This document shows, piece by piece, positions 23,797-35,872 of a DNA stretch of 64,000 nt. The notes below the pieces were generated by a model. That model was not told where the DNA came from. It did not search any database and saw nothing but the letters and a program-made list of their open reading frames with translations. How positions within the stretch are numbered: position 1 is the first letter of the stretch; the number at the start of each line of letters is the position of its first letter. The stretch comes from Macrostomum lignano. Lineage: Eukaryota. Made by a program: the position numbers and the translations under genes. The stretch lies in assembly GCA_002269645.1 (NCBI GenBank), contig NIVC01003936.1, positions 1 through 64,000 of the forward strand, in the 5' to 3' direction.

Positions 23797-25785
23797 TTGC
23801 AAGCTAGTAGAGACTACGAGCAAGCAATTTAATCCAAGATAGCAAAAACACATGCATTTTGAGCCTCACTGCTAGTTGTCTATGGTAAAAAGTGTGTCAA
23901 ACCGGCAGGCAATTCAATCCTTGGAGCACTCATTTAAGCACTGAAATCCACAAACAGCGCTGTCTATGCCGCTCCACTTTCAGTTTTTTTCAACATGTCA
24001 GACGAAAGTGACCAAGCCAGCACCATTTTTGAAGACATCGACGGAATCGCTGCCCAAGATGCCGGAGCGCCACCTGTGCAATATACTAAGATTAGCGACG
24101 AAAAGCATAGATTGATAATCGACGCTATCGACAGAGGCGATAACAGCAGAAGCATTGTTTAGCAATTTGACGATCATTATTCACATTTTTAATGCAACAA
24201 CAACAACAACAAAATACGCTGTCATGATGGTAAAAGTCAGCGTCACAGGGCGCGCTTCATGGCTTGGGCGCGAACAAAGGCCGCGCCACCGGCAGTGTCC
24301 GGGGCGCCGGCGTCAGCCAGCAGACAGTCGACATAACGCCGAGTTCGCGCTTGACCTCGCCGGTAGGGTGCCTGCAGCGTGAGCAGCAGCACCTCCTGCA
24401 CCGGCTGTGGGCAGTACGACTCGGCGCGGATGAGATGGCCTGCGAGCTGGAGTCGCCGACGGCGCAGTAGATCACTTGGACGTGGCAGGCCAGCGCGGCG
24501 ATAGAGTGCCGAGTTGGTGACTCGCTCGACGCCGATGTTGAAGGCGGCGCGCAGCAGACCAGCGTGCGCCGCATCGACTTGCTGTTCGAGTGAGTCCGTC
24601 AGCGTCCAGGTCTCGGCGTTGTACAGCAGGACGGTCTCGATTACCGCCTGGAACAGCGCCGCCCTCTGGCGGTCCGGTAGGGCCTCGGACTGCAGGACTG
24701 CCCTCACAGAACGAAAGGCAGCCCAGGCAAGCCCGCGGCGGCGTCGCAGGTCCTCGCGAGCGTCTGGAACCAGACCGCCGAGGTAGACGAACTGCTGACA
24801 TCGCGGGAGTTCGGTCGCCTGCCCGTCAGCGCCTCGGCAAAATATTGCAGCCTCGATGTCGTCCGGCACGCAGAGCACAACGGTCTTCTGCGTGTTGACC
24901 ACCAGGCCGACACTCGCCGCAACGGCAACCAGCCTGTCCAGCTGCCGTTGGGCGCCCTCGACGGTCGAGGACAGCAGGGCGAGGTCGTCGGCGTAGCCAA
25001 GCACGCTGAGCCGCTTCTCCGGTTGACGTCGACCCACGCGTCGCTGCAGCAGAAAACCGTCGTCGTCGGTAGGAAGAGCAGTCCGCAGCATCCAGTCAAG
25101 CACCAGGACGAACAGGAACGGCGCCAGCGTATCTCCCTGAAGCACACCGGAGGATGTCTCAAAGGAGTCCGATAGGCCGTCCGGTGTTGTCACAGCAGCT
25201 GTCACAACAGCAGCTGTTTAATGCAGAACAATCCATTACTACAAACAATGCATTGTCTGTAGGATCGTCAAACAGAAAAACAATGCAAAGAATCAGCGGT
25301 CGCAGTGCGTGACAACGATTGTCTATGGCTCGCGCCTACCGGCGCTCGCCAGACAATCGTTATCACGCACTGGGACCGCTGATTATTTATCCATTGCCGA
25401 CTTAGCACGCAGGCAAGAATTCGCGCAGGCTGCATCGCTGGGGAGGTGATTATGTAACTTACTGAATTGTCTAAACGTACATGCAAAAACTTTTCTGTCG
25501 TGTGTTTCTTTATATGCAGGTTTCGTTAAGTGAACTTTTCTTGCTGAACCATGTTCTACGTGGTAACTTTCTGATATGGAGCTTCCTGGTTGGTTTGGTT
25601 GGAGGCATGCATGAAATAAATGGAAAGGCCGAGCAAGACAGTGCTTAAATGAGTGCTCCAAGGATTGAATTGCCTGCCGGTTTGACACACTTTTTACCAT
25701 AGACAACTAGCAGTGAGGCTCAAAATGCATGTGTTTTTGCTATCTTGGATTAAATTGCTTGCTCGTAGTCTCTACTAGCTTGCAA
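23797..25785. mobile_element. Internally deleted DNA transposon with 147-bp perfect inverted repeats, interrupted by an RTE copy
   Basis: 23797-23943 is the reverse complement of 25639-25785. An internal ORF remnant from 23995 (YTKISDEKHRLIIDAIDRGDNSRSIV*) resembles a transposase N-terminal helix-turn-helix. Confidence 0.75.
24197..25216 (-). mobile_element. 5'-truncated RTE-type non-LTR retrotransposon (RT C-terminal half), young
   Basis: Open 320-aa frame GVLQGDTLAPFLF...LGYADDLALLS; 3' (TTG)n tail; 9-bp target duplication TTTAATGCA (24188-24196 and 25217-25225); nearly identical to 44327-45090. Confidence 0.95.
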
Positions 25786-25843
25786 ACTGCTATATTATTG
25801 GATGGGGAAGCCGTTCTGGTACATTATTTAGTCATTTTAATTA

Positions 25844-27086
25844 TTCGGTTGTCAAGAAAGTTCTCGGCAATTCTCGAAAATTCTACGGCGCGGTTTAATG
25901 GAAAGTTCTAGAAACCTGGCGCATGTGGGTATATATAGGGGGTGTGAGTGTGCATATTTTCCAGCTTTTCACTCATCCAGCGACTATTAACATGGCAGCA
26001 AAGAGGTCACTGCAAAAATCTTCTATTCGCATTTGCTTACTGTATGACTTTAAATCCGCCCTGAGCGGCTCCGAATCCAGTCGCCGTATCAATGCTGCAT
26101 TCGGCGAAGGTACCGTGTCTGTGTCAACAGCCAACGGCTGGTTTCGACGATTTCGCGCTGGCGACGAATCCATCCAAGATCAGCCACGATCGGGTAGGCC
26201 TTCCGAAGTTGATGACGAAGAAATCGGCGCCATGGTGGAAGCTGACCCGCATCTGACAACACGTGAAATAGCGGCTACCCTTGGGGTGTCTCATACAACT
26301 ATATTCAACAAACTGCGTGCCATTGGCAAGGTTTCAAAACTCGACAAGTGGCTGCCCCACCACCTCAGCAACTTTGACCGTCAGCGGCGGGAGGAGGCGG
26401 CAACTTCATTGCTCTCGTTCCGGCGTACCACAGCTTGGCTGGAGTCGATTGTGACTGGAGATGAGAAATGGGTGCTCTACGTCAACGAGAAGCGCCGACA
26501 ATCTTGGGTCTCTGAGAATCAACCACCGCAGCATCATCCGAAACCGGAGTTGCACCCGCGAAAGGTCATGCTGTCTGTATGGTGGGACATCAAAGGTATC
26601 CTGTACTATGAGCTGCTTCCTCGCAACACCACTGTCACAGCCGAGGTCTACTGCCAACAACTGCAGAAGGTGGCTGAGAAAATCGACGAACTGCGTCCAG
26701 GGCACGGCAAAGTTTGTTTACTTCACGACCACATACGGCTAAGATGACCCGCCAGAAATTGCTGCAACTGGGGTGCGAGATTCTCCCACACCCACCATAT
26801 TCTCCCGACCTTGCACCATCCGATTACCACCTGTTTTCGGCCATGAGCAACAGCCTGCGCGGTCAGAGCTTTGTTGATGACAATGAAGTCAATCAATGGC
26901 TCAAAAACTTCTTCTAATCGAAGCCAGCTAGTTTCTACAGTGATGGTATCAAAAGTCTGCCAGAAAAATGGCAGAAGGTCATTGACTCAGATGGGGACTA
27001 TTTTGATATTTGATGCGATTCAGCATTTAAAAAACTCGGGCTGATGGAACATTCTAGAATTGCCAGGAACTTTCTTGACAACCGAA
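25844..27086 (+). mobile_element. Mariner (Tc1/mariner, DD34D) transposon, full length, 1243 bp
   Basis: TIRs TTCGGTTGTCAAGAAAGTTC / GAACTTTCTTGACAACCGAA, each flanked by TA. Confidence 0.95.
25992..27013 (+). pseudogene. Mariner transposase, inactivated
   Basis: WLPHHL, IVTGDEKW, HPPYSPDLAPSDYHLF; a frameshifting deletion at about 26729 breaks HDNARPH; premature TAA at 26915-26917; natural end GDYFDI*. Confidence 0.92.
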
Positions 27087-27468
27087 TAACTGCCTCGCCG
27101 CTGCTGCCCTTATGTACAAATGCAGCAGATTGGAGTAGGATTCTGCGCTCCTACTTCCTTGGCCTCCTGCTCCGTAATGCATTGAAAAATTTTGTGCCGT
27201 TTGATATTTAGACAAATACACATTTAATATTCTTGTTGTGGCTTTGTTCTTAAAAACACGTATAGTGCACACAATGAAAATGTACTTTTGACAGATTCCT
27301 TTGCAGCAATCTTTTATTTCTGATCCTGTCGGGCTTTTTAGTGCGGTATTCAATAAGATGCTCAACCGATATACTTACGATATGCTTCGTAGTAATATCT
27401 TTGATCAAAATCTAGGACGACTTGGGTTGTCCAAAAATCAAAGGGCCCGTCAACTATAGCTCATGGCG

Positions 27469-27737
27469 CCCGAGTAACCCATGTACACAACTGATACGTC
27501 ATTCTGCTCACATTGACATCAGGAAGCTGGGTTTAACAAAAAACGAAAGTTGGACTCCTAACTAGTTTAGGGATAATTATGTCAACTTAAGCGCATTAAG
27601 TAGAGTCCCTAATTATCATCCTGCTTATTGTTCTCCCCTATCCTAAGTCTGATTTTTGTTGCTTTTTTGCCAAGCCCAGCTTCCTGGAGTCACTGTGAGC
27701 AGAATGACGTATCATTTGTGTACATGGGTTACTCGGG
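27469..27737. mobile_element. 269-bp MITE with ~75-bp imperfect TIRs, piggyBac-like right end (GGG|TTAA)
   Basis: CCCGAGTAACCCATGTACACAACTGATACGTCATTCTGCTCACA matched by TGTGAGCAGAATGACGTATCATTTGTGTACATGGGTTACTCGGG; TTAA is present only on the right flank. Confidence 0.7.
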
Positions 27738-27803
27738 TTAATTTTAAGGTGGGGCAATAAGTCACAAAGTTTTATTAGTACATGTAATTGGGTTGAAGAC
27801 AAA

Positions 27804-27990
27804 ATGGCAGGCGCATATCCATATTTGGTCTGTCTGCAGCCAGTTCGCGATGAAAAAGAGGCAATGGAGTGTTCTCAGTGCCTGAATTGGCAGCACCGTG
27901 CATGCTACGTCGTATACGAGTAGTCGCATCCCAATCAATCAGTATGCTGCAATGAGAAATGTCGGTGTGAGTTTTCTGGCTTTGCAAGCA
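27804..27990 (+). pseudogene. Decayed PHD-finger coding remnant (probably transposon-borne)
   Basis: MAGAYPYLVCLQPVRDEKEAMECSQCLNWQHRAC fits C4HC3 spacing with the first Cys changed to Tyr, followed by a stop/frameshift. Confidence 0.55.
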
Positions 27991-28475
27991 ATCCAACGGA
28001 TGGGCTCCTGCAGGTAACTTAGCAGGCAGGGTCCCAACCTGCAGATGCTGCTGTGGTACAAGCTTAAAGGCTGGACCAGCGTCTGTGCCTGCTGAAAATC
28101 CAGAACCAGTGCATCTGGATTCCAACACAAAAGGACATTTTTTTACCAGTATCCAGGTTTCAATGACCGCCCCTCAGCTCCCCTCCCCCAGCCCTTTGAG
28201 ATTCTTACAGGTGCCGGGATGCAGTCACGGCAAAGACCTTCTGATGCAGTACGTCCAGCGAGACCTTGGCCATCTGACAGTGCAGTTTATAAATTATAAG
28301 TATAAATTATAAACATTATGCGCTGATAGATTTGAAACCAGTATCTATGCTAAAAAAATCAAACTGATTGTGCTACTTGCTAGTAGTAGGATCACTCTAC
28401 TCAGTGGTCCTTGTTACTTGATTTAGTGGGTAGTGCTAACTGCAGTAAAGGGAAGAGTTTCTTGTTTTACTAATC

Positions 28476-29260
28476 AACGCGTGGGTCGACGCCAACCGGA
28501 GAAGCGGCTCAGCGTGCTTGGCTAAGCCGTCGATCTCGCCCTGCTGTCCTCGATCGTCGTGGGCGCCCAGCGCCAGCTGGACTGGCTGGTGAGCGTTGTG
28601 GCGAGCGTCGGCCTGGTGATCAACACACAGAAGATCGTCGTGCTTTGCGTGCCGGACGACATCGAGGCTGCAATTTTCTGCCGAGGCGCCGACGGACAGG
28701 TGACGAAGCTTCCGTGCTGTCAGCAGTTCGTCTACCTCGGCGGTCTGGTGCCTGACGTTCGCGAGGATCTGCGACGTCGCCGTGGACTTGCCTGGGCTGC
28801 CTTTCGTTCCGTGAGGGCGGCGTTGTTCCAGGCGGTAATCGTGACCGTCCTGTTGTACAACGCCAAGACCTGGACGCTGACGACTGAACAGCTGGTCGAT
28901 GCGGCGCACGCTTGCCTGCTGCACGCACATCACCAATGCGGCACTCTATCGCCGCACCGGCCTGTCCCGTCCCAGCGAACTGTTGCGCCGTCGGCGACTC
29001 CAGCTGGCAGCCCATTTCATCCAAGCCGAGTCGCACTGCCCGCAGCCGGTGCAGGAGGTGCTGCTGCTGACGCTGCAGGCACCCTACCGGCGGGGGCAGG
29101 CGCGGGTACTCGGCGTTTCATCGACTGCCTGCTGGCTGATGCCGGCGCCCCAGACACTGCTGGCGTGTGGTCTACGTTCGCGCCCAGGCCTTGAAACGCC
29201 CTGTATAACGTCTGCTGACTGACTTTTTGTATTTTGGCATTTTGTTTTTGTTGTTGTTGT
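28476..29260 (+). mobile_element. Degenerate RTE-type retrotransposon 3' fragment
   Basis: QQFVYLGGLVPDVREDLRRRRGLAWAAF; internal deletions; TTG-rich tail at about 29245-29260. Confidence 0.9.
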
Positions 29261-29679
29261 ATAGTAGACCACTAAAATTAGTTGTCTATATATCTGTGAC
29301 CAGCTGTTGAAGCCCGCGGATTTTAAACCCGCTGAATTATAATCCCCGAAATCATTTTTTGCATGCACTCTAAAATCTGAAGTTATACTCAAACAGAACG
29401 TGTTAAAAGTTTGGGTGGGGCGGATACCGGTACAAAACTTAAAGTACATTTTAAATAGAAAGAATAGAATCTAGGACTCCGCAAACAATTACAGCATCAG
29501 TCAGGACAGTGCAGTTGTCTAACTGAGTAATTTTTGAAGTAAGGAAACGGAAATGAGATAAATTTGTAGCTTTTGAGTAAAACAAGAAGCGATAGTAACT
29601 GCTGCCCGCCCCCATCAGCTGGCAGAGCATGTGGCGCCCCTTGCCAGTAGGTATAGCGCCCCGTCTTTTCGGCTTGGTG

Positions 29680-30050
29680 CCGTTTCTCTCGTTTCTACTC
29701 TCTCATCTTTTCTCTCTACTCTCCTCTCAATTCTTTTTCCTCTTCCCTCCTTCTCCTCTCTAATCTATCCTCTCCTCTCTCCTCTCTAATTTCTTCTCTC
29801 TTCTCTCTTCTCTCGGCTCTCATCTCTTATCTCTCCTATCTTCTCTCTACTCCGTCCTTACTCCTCTCTCCTCTCCTCTGCTCTCATTTCTCATCTCTTA
29901 TCTCTTTTTCTCCTATCTTCTCTTTACTCTCTCCTCGATCTCTTCTTTCTCCTCTCTTCTCTCTACTCTTTCCTCTCTTCTCTCTCTCCTCTTTACTTTC
30001 TCTTCTTTCTCATCCGTCCTCTCTCTTCTCTCTCCTCTTTCATACTCTCA
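29680..30050. repeat. CT-rich low-complexity tract
   Basis: Degenerate (CT)n/CTCTT polypyrimidine run. Confidence 0.9.
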
Positions 30051-31478
30051 AATTTCAAAATTCTAGTTGAATTATATTATTTTAGTGCCAAATTTGAAGT
30101 GGTAAAAGACACAAATTGGAGCAACGCTATGGAGAATTTATTGATAAATTGCACTCTCAAAAGCTTTTTGCCCTTTTAGGTAGGAAGTCTTGAAAATTTT
30201 ACGGTAGCTTAAGACATTGTCCGTAGTGACGATCGGGTTTAGGGTGGGGTGTAAAATTAAGCGGTTTGGTACAGAGTTTTCATTTTATAGTTAGAGATAG
30301 ATTTCAGAAGAAAAAACCCATAGACCTATTCCTATATATCCATTTAGCCCTTCAGATCGGGCTACAATTAGAAAAAACTTTTAGCATAATTCAAGCCACT
30401 GAAACACGTAAAGACAAAAGATCAACTAGCTTTACAGAAAGTTATTTGAGCAAATATTAAACTTAAGATTTTTTATTAAGAGCCGTACAAAGTGAAAAAT
30501 AAAATTTTATTTTAAAACTTATTTATAACTGTGTTAAAAAAAGTAAGAATAACAATTTTTTTTCGAAATACGATTCACTAAGTTTTTCACTTTTCAGAAA
30601 AATTCGCAACTTTGCGACGTCGCAAAATCGCAAAAAACCTGCAACTGCAGGCATGCAGTAGCAGCAGTTTAGTTAAGAAACGGTATACTTGTTTATCTGG
30701 TTCCATTCAAGTTTAGGTGCTTATTTGCTTATTAATATTATTAAGCTTGAATTTTGAAGAATTCCAACTAGGCAACAAATGAACGAGTGGCGACTGGCGA
30801 CGTGGCGAGCTTAGTCAGATGTTGGATGAGCCTAGGCAGCCAAAGTAATAATATATATTATTTCTAATAAATAGGACGAGGCCATTATAGTATTTTAATG
30901 TTTATAATTGCCAGCTGAGCATTTGCCAAATATTTTGCATTTGTTGGCTATAGTATCTACACATTCTAGTCTAGACCTATTTATTTAAGGCAGTTGTTAT
31001 TGTTACGGTGACCATATAAATAGCGAGAGGGTTATTTTTACAGTTAACACTTAAAACAAATATCATCTAAATGAAGTGACAAACTTGCTGTGCAAATACT
31101 ATGATAGACGTGATGGTTAAATTTAAAAAATAAAGAATTATTTTATTAATAAATACAATGGTAGGCCTAACTTCTAGTGGTTCTTGTCATGGTAGCTTAC
31201 TGTAGGTAATTGTTAATTATTGCCTTGTAATTTAACAGAAATTTCTTCCACATGACCATAAAAATAGCCATTTTGCTTCCTACCTATGGTGACCATAAAA
31301 ATAACAGTTTTGTTTTTTATATGGTTACATTAGTAAAGACCATAGGCCTGGATAGTGTCTTATGCATTAATGGTAAAAATAACCATTTTGTTATTTATAT
31401 GGTCACCATAACAATAACAACTGCTAGAATAGTTTTGGTTCCAGTATTTTTTAATTAGAAAAATTATAAATATATAAA

Positions 31479-33487
31479 TAGGGACTCCAGTGAGGTTACC
31501 GTAAAGCTGATAATTACACGAAAAATCGTAAAATAATGTTTTTTTAAAAATGAAATTGCCATGCATAGAAAATGTTTATAGTAAAAACAAAATATACATG
31601 TTAAAGAAGAGTTTCTATTCTTTTTAATGAGATAAAGAAACAAAAAATATATACATTGTATGCCGAGTAATGTCCCACTGAACTTCGTCTTTTTTTTAAT
31701 ACACTCGTTTTGTTGCCAAAAAAAGTGACTTTCGAAAGTTCGTTTTTTTGTTGGAAAGCAATTATTTTAACAAAATATAACTATTTATTGATACAAACAA
31801 CTATATTTACAAACATTTTTTGACATTTTGAGCAGAAATTTTTTTTCTTTTCTCCCCATTTAGACAGTATAAAAAAATTAAAGTTGAATAAAAATCGTAC
31901 CCGCATTTCCGAAGCTTAGTAAAACCCGGAAATGAATGCTACTCCGTAATATGATTACATTAAAAAAAACCGCACATGTCTATCTACATCCGCCAAAAAG
32001 TTATTGAAGCCTGTTTTTTGCCTATCTCTTCAGTGTAAAATAGACGGATAAAACAGAAAATTTAAATTTTTTTCTAGCAGTAATTTCCGAAGACTATTCT
32101 TCTACTGCATTTAATAGAGGAACTTATAGGAATTCTTCACAGCACTTTTATATCTTTCCACATACATCCGCCGAGGAGCAGCAGCAATGTTTGCTTTTTA
32201 GTAGCGATACTACTTACATACTACTTATATAAAAAGTGGCTTATTATGGCTTTTCTTCACCAAAAAGAAGACGTTTTACCATTGCAAATTAGTTTTGAAG
32301 GCAAAATAATACAAATAAATGTATGCTTTAGCTTATTGAGCTATAGCAATTGCAATCCCAATAAATGACCCCTTGAATGCACGTAACCTTGGTCTGCAAT
32401 TCAAACTCCCATAAAAATGAACTGAATTTCATAAGAAATTGTGTTTTTTCCATTTGTAAGTTTAATAAGCAACTTCACAATATACAATTTTAAGTACAAT
32501 ATATTTTTAAATACTTCTTTACACTTGTTTACAGAAATGTTCATTGGTAACTTTATTCACAATATACAATTTTACAATAAGGATAGGCTCAATCAAAAAA
32601 TATACAAGACAATAGTATCAACAATTATTTACCTATATATGTTTTACAGTTAAAAAGCAAAGCAGACAATATACATTATGTGTGTAAAGACAATAAGCAT
32701 TAAATATATGCTAACTTCAGTCTTCAGTTGCAGCTACTCAACAAGCAATAATATTGGAAAAAAAAGAACAAGAGCTTTTAAATAAACCAAAGTACACAAA
32801 AAAAACATTTTCATATGTTTTTCATTAAAAAAACAAATCAAACTTTATATATATTCATTAGTCTAAAAAATATAATCATTCAAAGTTGAAAAATGTGCAA
32901 TTTTAAGATATGCTATCAAGTTCCAGTAGCAAAAAAGTCACAAAATTGGTGAATTTTTTAACCTTTGTCAATATATAGGAAAAATTGGTATAAAAATATA
33001 TACTTTTGTATGTTGTGGAGTAAACAAATAAAAAAGATTTCAGAAAAAGCAATTAACTTTTAAATAATAGTCATTTGAAAATTTAATTTTGCTCTATTTT
33101 TGATATGCATTTTTCACTTTTAAAAAATTCAAATGCAAACCCCAAGAAAGATACATTAGAAAGAATAAAAACAATTTGTTAATCTTATGTAGAACTGCTT
33201 GGTCTTTAAAATGATACCAGACTCAATATTGTATGTTGAATAGCAAAAAAGATATGACAACAAAAAGTGAAAAATTTTGTTTTCGTACATCTAATGGCAA
33301 CAATCTATAATGTATTTTTCCTATCTAAAAAACGTAATTTTTTGGGCACAAAAAATGCTATAACTTTTTTATTACTCAACTAAATTTAATAAGTGAAGCC
33401 ATTTTGTGATGCTGTTATTGTCCTCTATCAGATACATATCTGAAAATATATAAATTTTAAAGTTTCAAAATCTCACTGGAGTCCCTA
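31479..33487. mobile_element. ~2-kb AT-rich non-autonomous element with 16-bp TIRs TAGGGACTCCAGTGAG
   Basis: TAGGGACTCCAGTGAG at 31479-31494 and CTCACTGGAGTCCCTA at 33472-33487; the flanks share ATATAAA; no recognisable ORF inside. Confidence 0.55.
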
Positions 33488-33944
33488 ATATAAATATATA
33501 ATTTGCATTTCATTGCGTAAGTCTTCTTGCGTAAGGCAAGAAATAAAGAAATGTGAGGGGTTGTTTAGTTTGATTTAGATTTAGAATTTTTGGCTAGACT
33601 ATGTAGCTCAGGCTTTTTGACTAGACTAGAGTTTGGACATGAAGCTAGCTAGAGCTAGAGTGAAGAAGAGAAGGGTGATTTACTAATGTACATTGGCGCT
33701 TTGTTTGTGTCCAACTTTCTCTACACCTGCTCTTATTGGACAAGCCATTTCTCCCCCTTTTAACCAAATCCCACGACCTTAGCTATGCCAACAACCCCAT
33801 GAGCCAAGCCATGCCAACAACCCCATAGTTAAAACTGATATAGGAATTACAGAGTGAAAGCCATGGAGAGGGGGTTGAATGTTTTAACACAAAAATCAAT
33901 TTGCAGGCCACTTTTACATTGTTAGATATGACACTCATAGTAAG

Positions 33945-33993
33945 AGTGCTGCGGGCCAGATCTTTCCTGCAGGCCGGAGTTTGCCAACCCCTA
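33945..33993 (-). mobile_element. Isolated hAT (Charlie-like) terminus
   Basis: Reverse complement TAGGGGTTGGCAAACTCCGGCCTGCAGG...GGCCCGCAGC resembles typical hAT-Charlie ends; the partner end was not found. Confidence 0.4.
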
Positions 33994-34964
33994 CTGTAAA
34001 GTATATAATAGGCCTAATGCAATCAAACATATTGTAAAAGAATGTGCATTACATTATCTCAGTCTATGAGCTGCAATATTTTAAATTATTTTTTATATGT
34101 GATTCAGTTATAACTTAATGAGGTGCTATTTTCAACTTCTGTGTCCCATATTTAGGTCTTATTTAGACCTAAAATAAAGATCACCCAAGATTTCAAAGAT
34201 CTTCAAAAAGATGTACCATTTTTGACTTCCAGTCTTAAAACAGTGATTACAGGGAGGGTGGTATAGTGGCAACCCCATTTGGATAACCTAACCGTATTTC
34301 TTTGCCTAACCAAAGAAGCCTATATCCTTGGTTGGTAGAATAGTGTTGTAAATCTATTGTTATTGGTAGAATATAAATTTTAAATATGGTATAAGGCTTG
34401 ATATATATGCATTCAATCTAATATACCTATCTATGCATTGACCTCATTCTAATTTAATAAATGAGCATAAAGCAACATGTTATAATTAGATAAACAGATG
34501 CTAAAATTATGCTAATAAACAATATTTAATATCATTTTTTGATATACTGATATCTTTAATTGAAGTTCTCAAACTATACACTGCAAATTCTACTTCAAGT
34601 AATTACTAAAACGGTTAGACTGGCACTTTGAGCTAGTTTTAATTTTAAAAAAGAAATTACCAATTTATAAACTTCGATAGATACCATACTTAATCTTTTA
34701 AATCTATAAGTTCCATAGCTTCAACTATATTTCTACTATAATTTTATTCACATATTTATTTTTTGATGTCGTTTGAAGTGGCTTCAACGCCCTAGCACCT
34801 GACATTGAATATGTCGTTAAGTGAGTTCTAGTTTTCCTTCTGCCCCATAATGTACTGCTAGCTCTGCTGCTTGCTAAGATTTTGTATTGCTGTTTTAGAA
34901 ATTGTCTGAGGTCATTTAATAGTTCTTTGTGCGAATCAAAGTTTTGTGCTTCACTTAGAATCGC

Positions 34965-35850
34965 TTTCAATCTGACCCTGAGACTCACCTTCAACCTGAT
35001 CCTGAGAATCAGTCTCAACCTGACCCCGAGAATCTCCCTCAACCTGACCCCGAGAATCTCCCTCAACCTGACCCCGAGAATCTCCCTCAACCTGACTCTG
35101 AGAATCGGTCTCAACTTGACCCCGAGAATCTCCCTCAACCTGACCCCGAGAATCTCCCTCAACCTGACCCCGAGAATCTCCCTCAACCTGACCCTGAGAA
35201 TCTCCCTCAACCTGACCCCGAGAATCTCCCTCAACCTGACCCCGAGAATCTCCCTCAACCTGACCCCGAGAATCTCCCTCAACCTGACCCTGAGAATCGG
35301 TCTCAACTTGACCCCGAGAATCTCCCTCAACCTGACCCTGAGAATCGGTCTCAACTTGACCCCGAGAATCTCCCTCAACCTGACCCCGAGAATCTCCCTC
35401 AACCTGACCCTGAGAATCGGTCTCAACTTGACCCCGAGAATCTCCCTCAACCTGACCCCGAGAATCTCCCTCAACCTGACCCCGAGAATCTCCCTCAACC
35501 TGACCCTGAGAATCGGTCTCAACTTGACCCCGAGAATCTCCCTCAACCTGACCCCGAGAATCTCCCTCAACCTGACCCCGAGAATCTCTCTCAACCTGAC
35601 CCCGAGAATCTCCCTCAACCTGACTCTGAGAATCGGTCTCAACTTGACCCCGAGAATCTCCCTCAACCTGACCCCGAGAATCTCCCTCAACCTGACCCCG
35701 AGAATCTCCCTCAACCTGACCCTGAGAATCTCCCTCAACCTGACCCCGAGAATCTCCCTCAACCTCACCCCGAGAATCCCCCTCAACTGACCCCGAGAAT
35801 CCCCCTCAACCTGACCCCGAGAATCTTCCTCAACCTGACCCCGAGAATCT
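34965..35850. repeat. 24-bp tandem repeat (CCTGACCCCGAGAATCTCCCTCAA), about 36 copies, directly upstream of the GW182 splice acceptor
   Basis: Direct reading, with a recurring variant unit (GAGAATCGGTCTCAACTTGAC). It contains TGA in the GW182 frame, so it is treated as intronic. Confidence 0.95.
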
Positions 35851-35872
35851 CCGCCAACCCTCTCTCCGCCAG

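Noticed and set aside
29629-29650. Candidate GW182 first exon (ATG TGG CGC CCC TTG CCA GTA G|GTATAG, phase 1)
   Set aside because: Phase-compatible but only 22 nt, with no homology support; could easily be chance.
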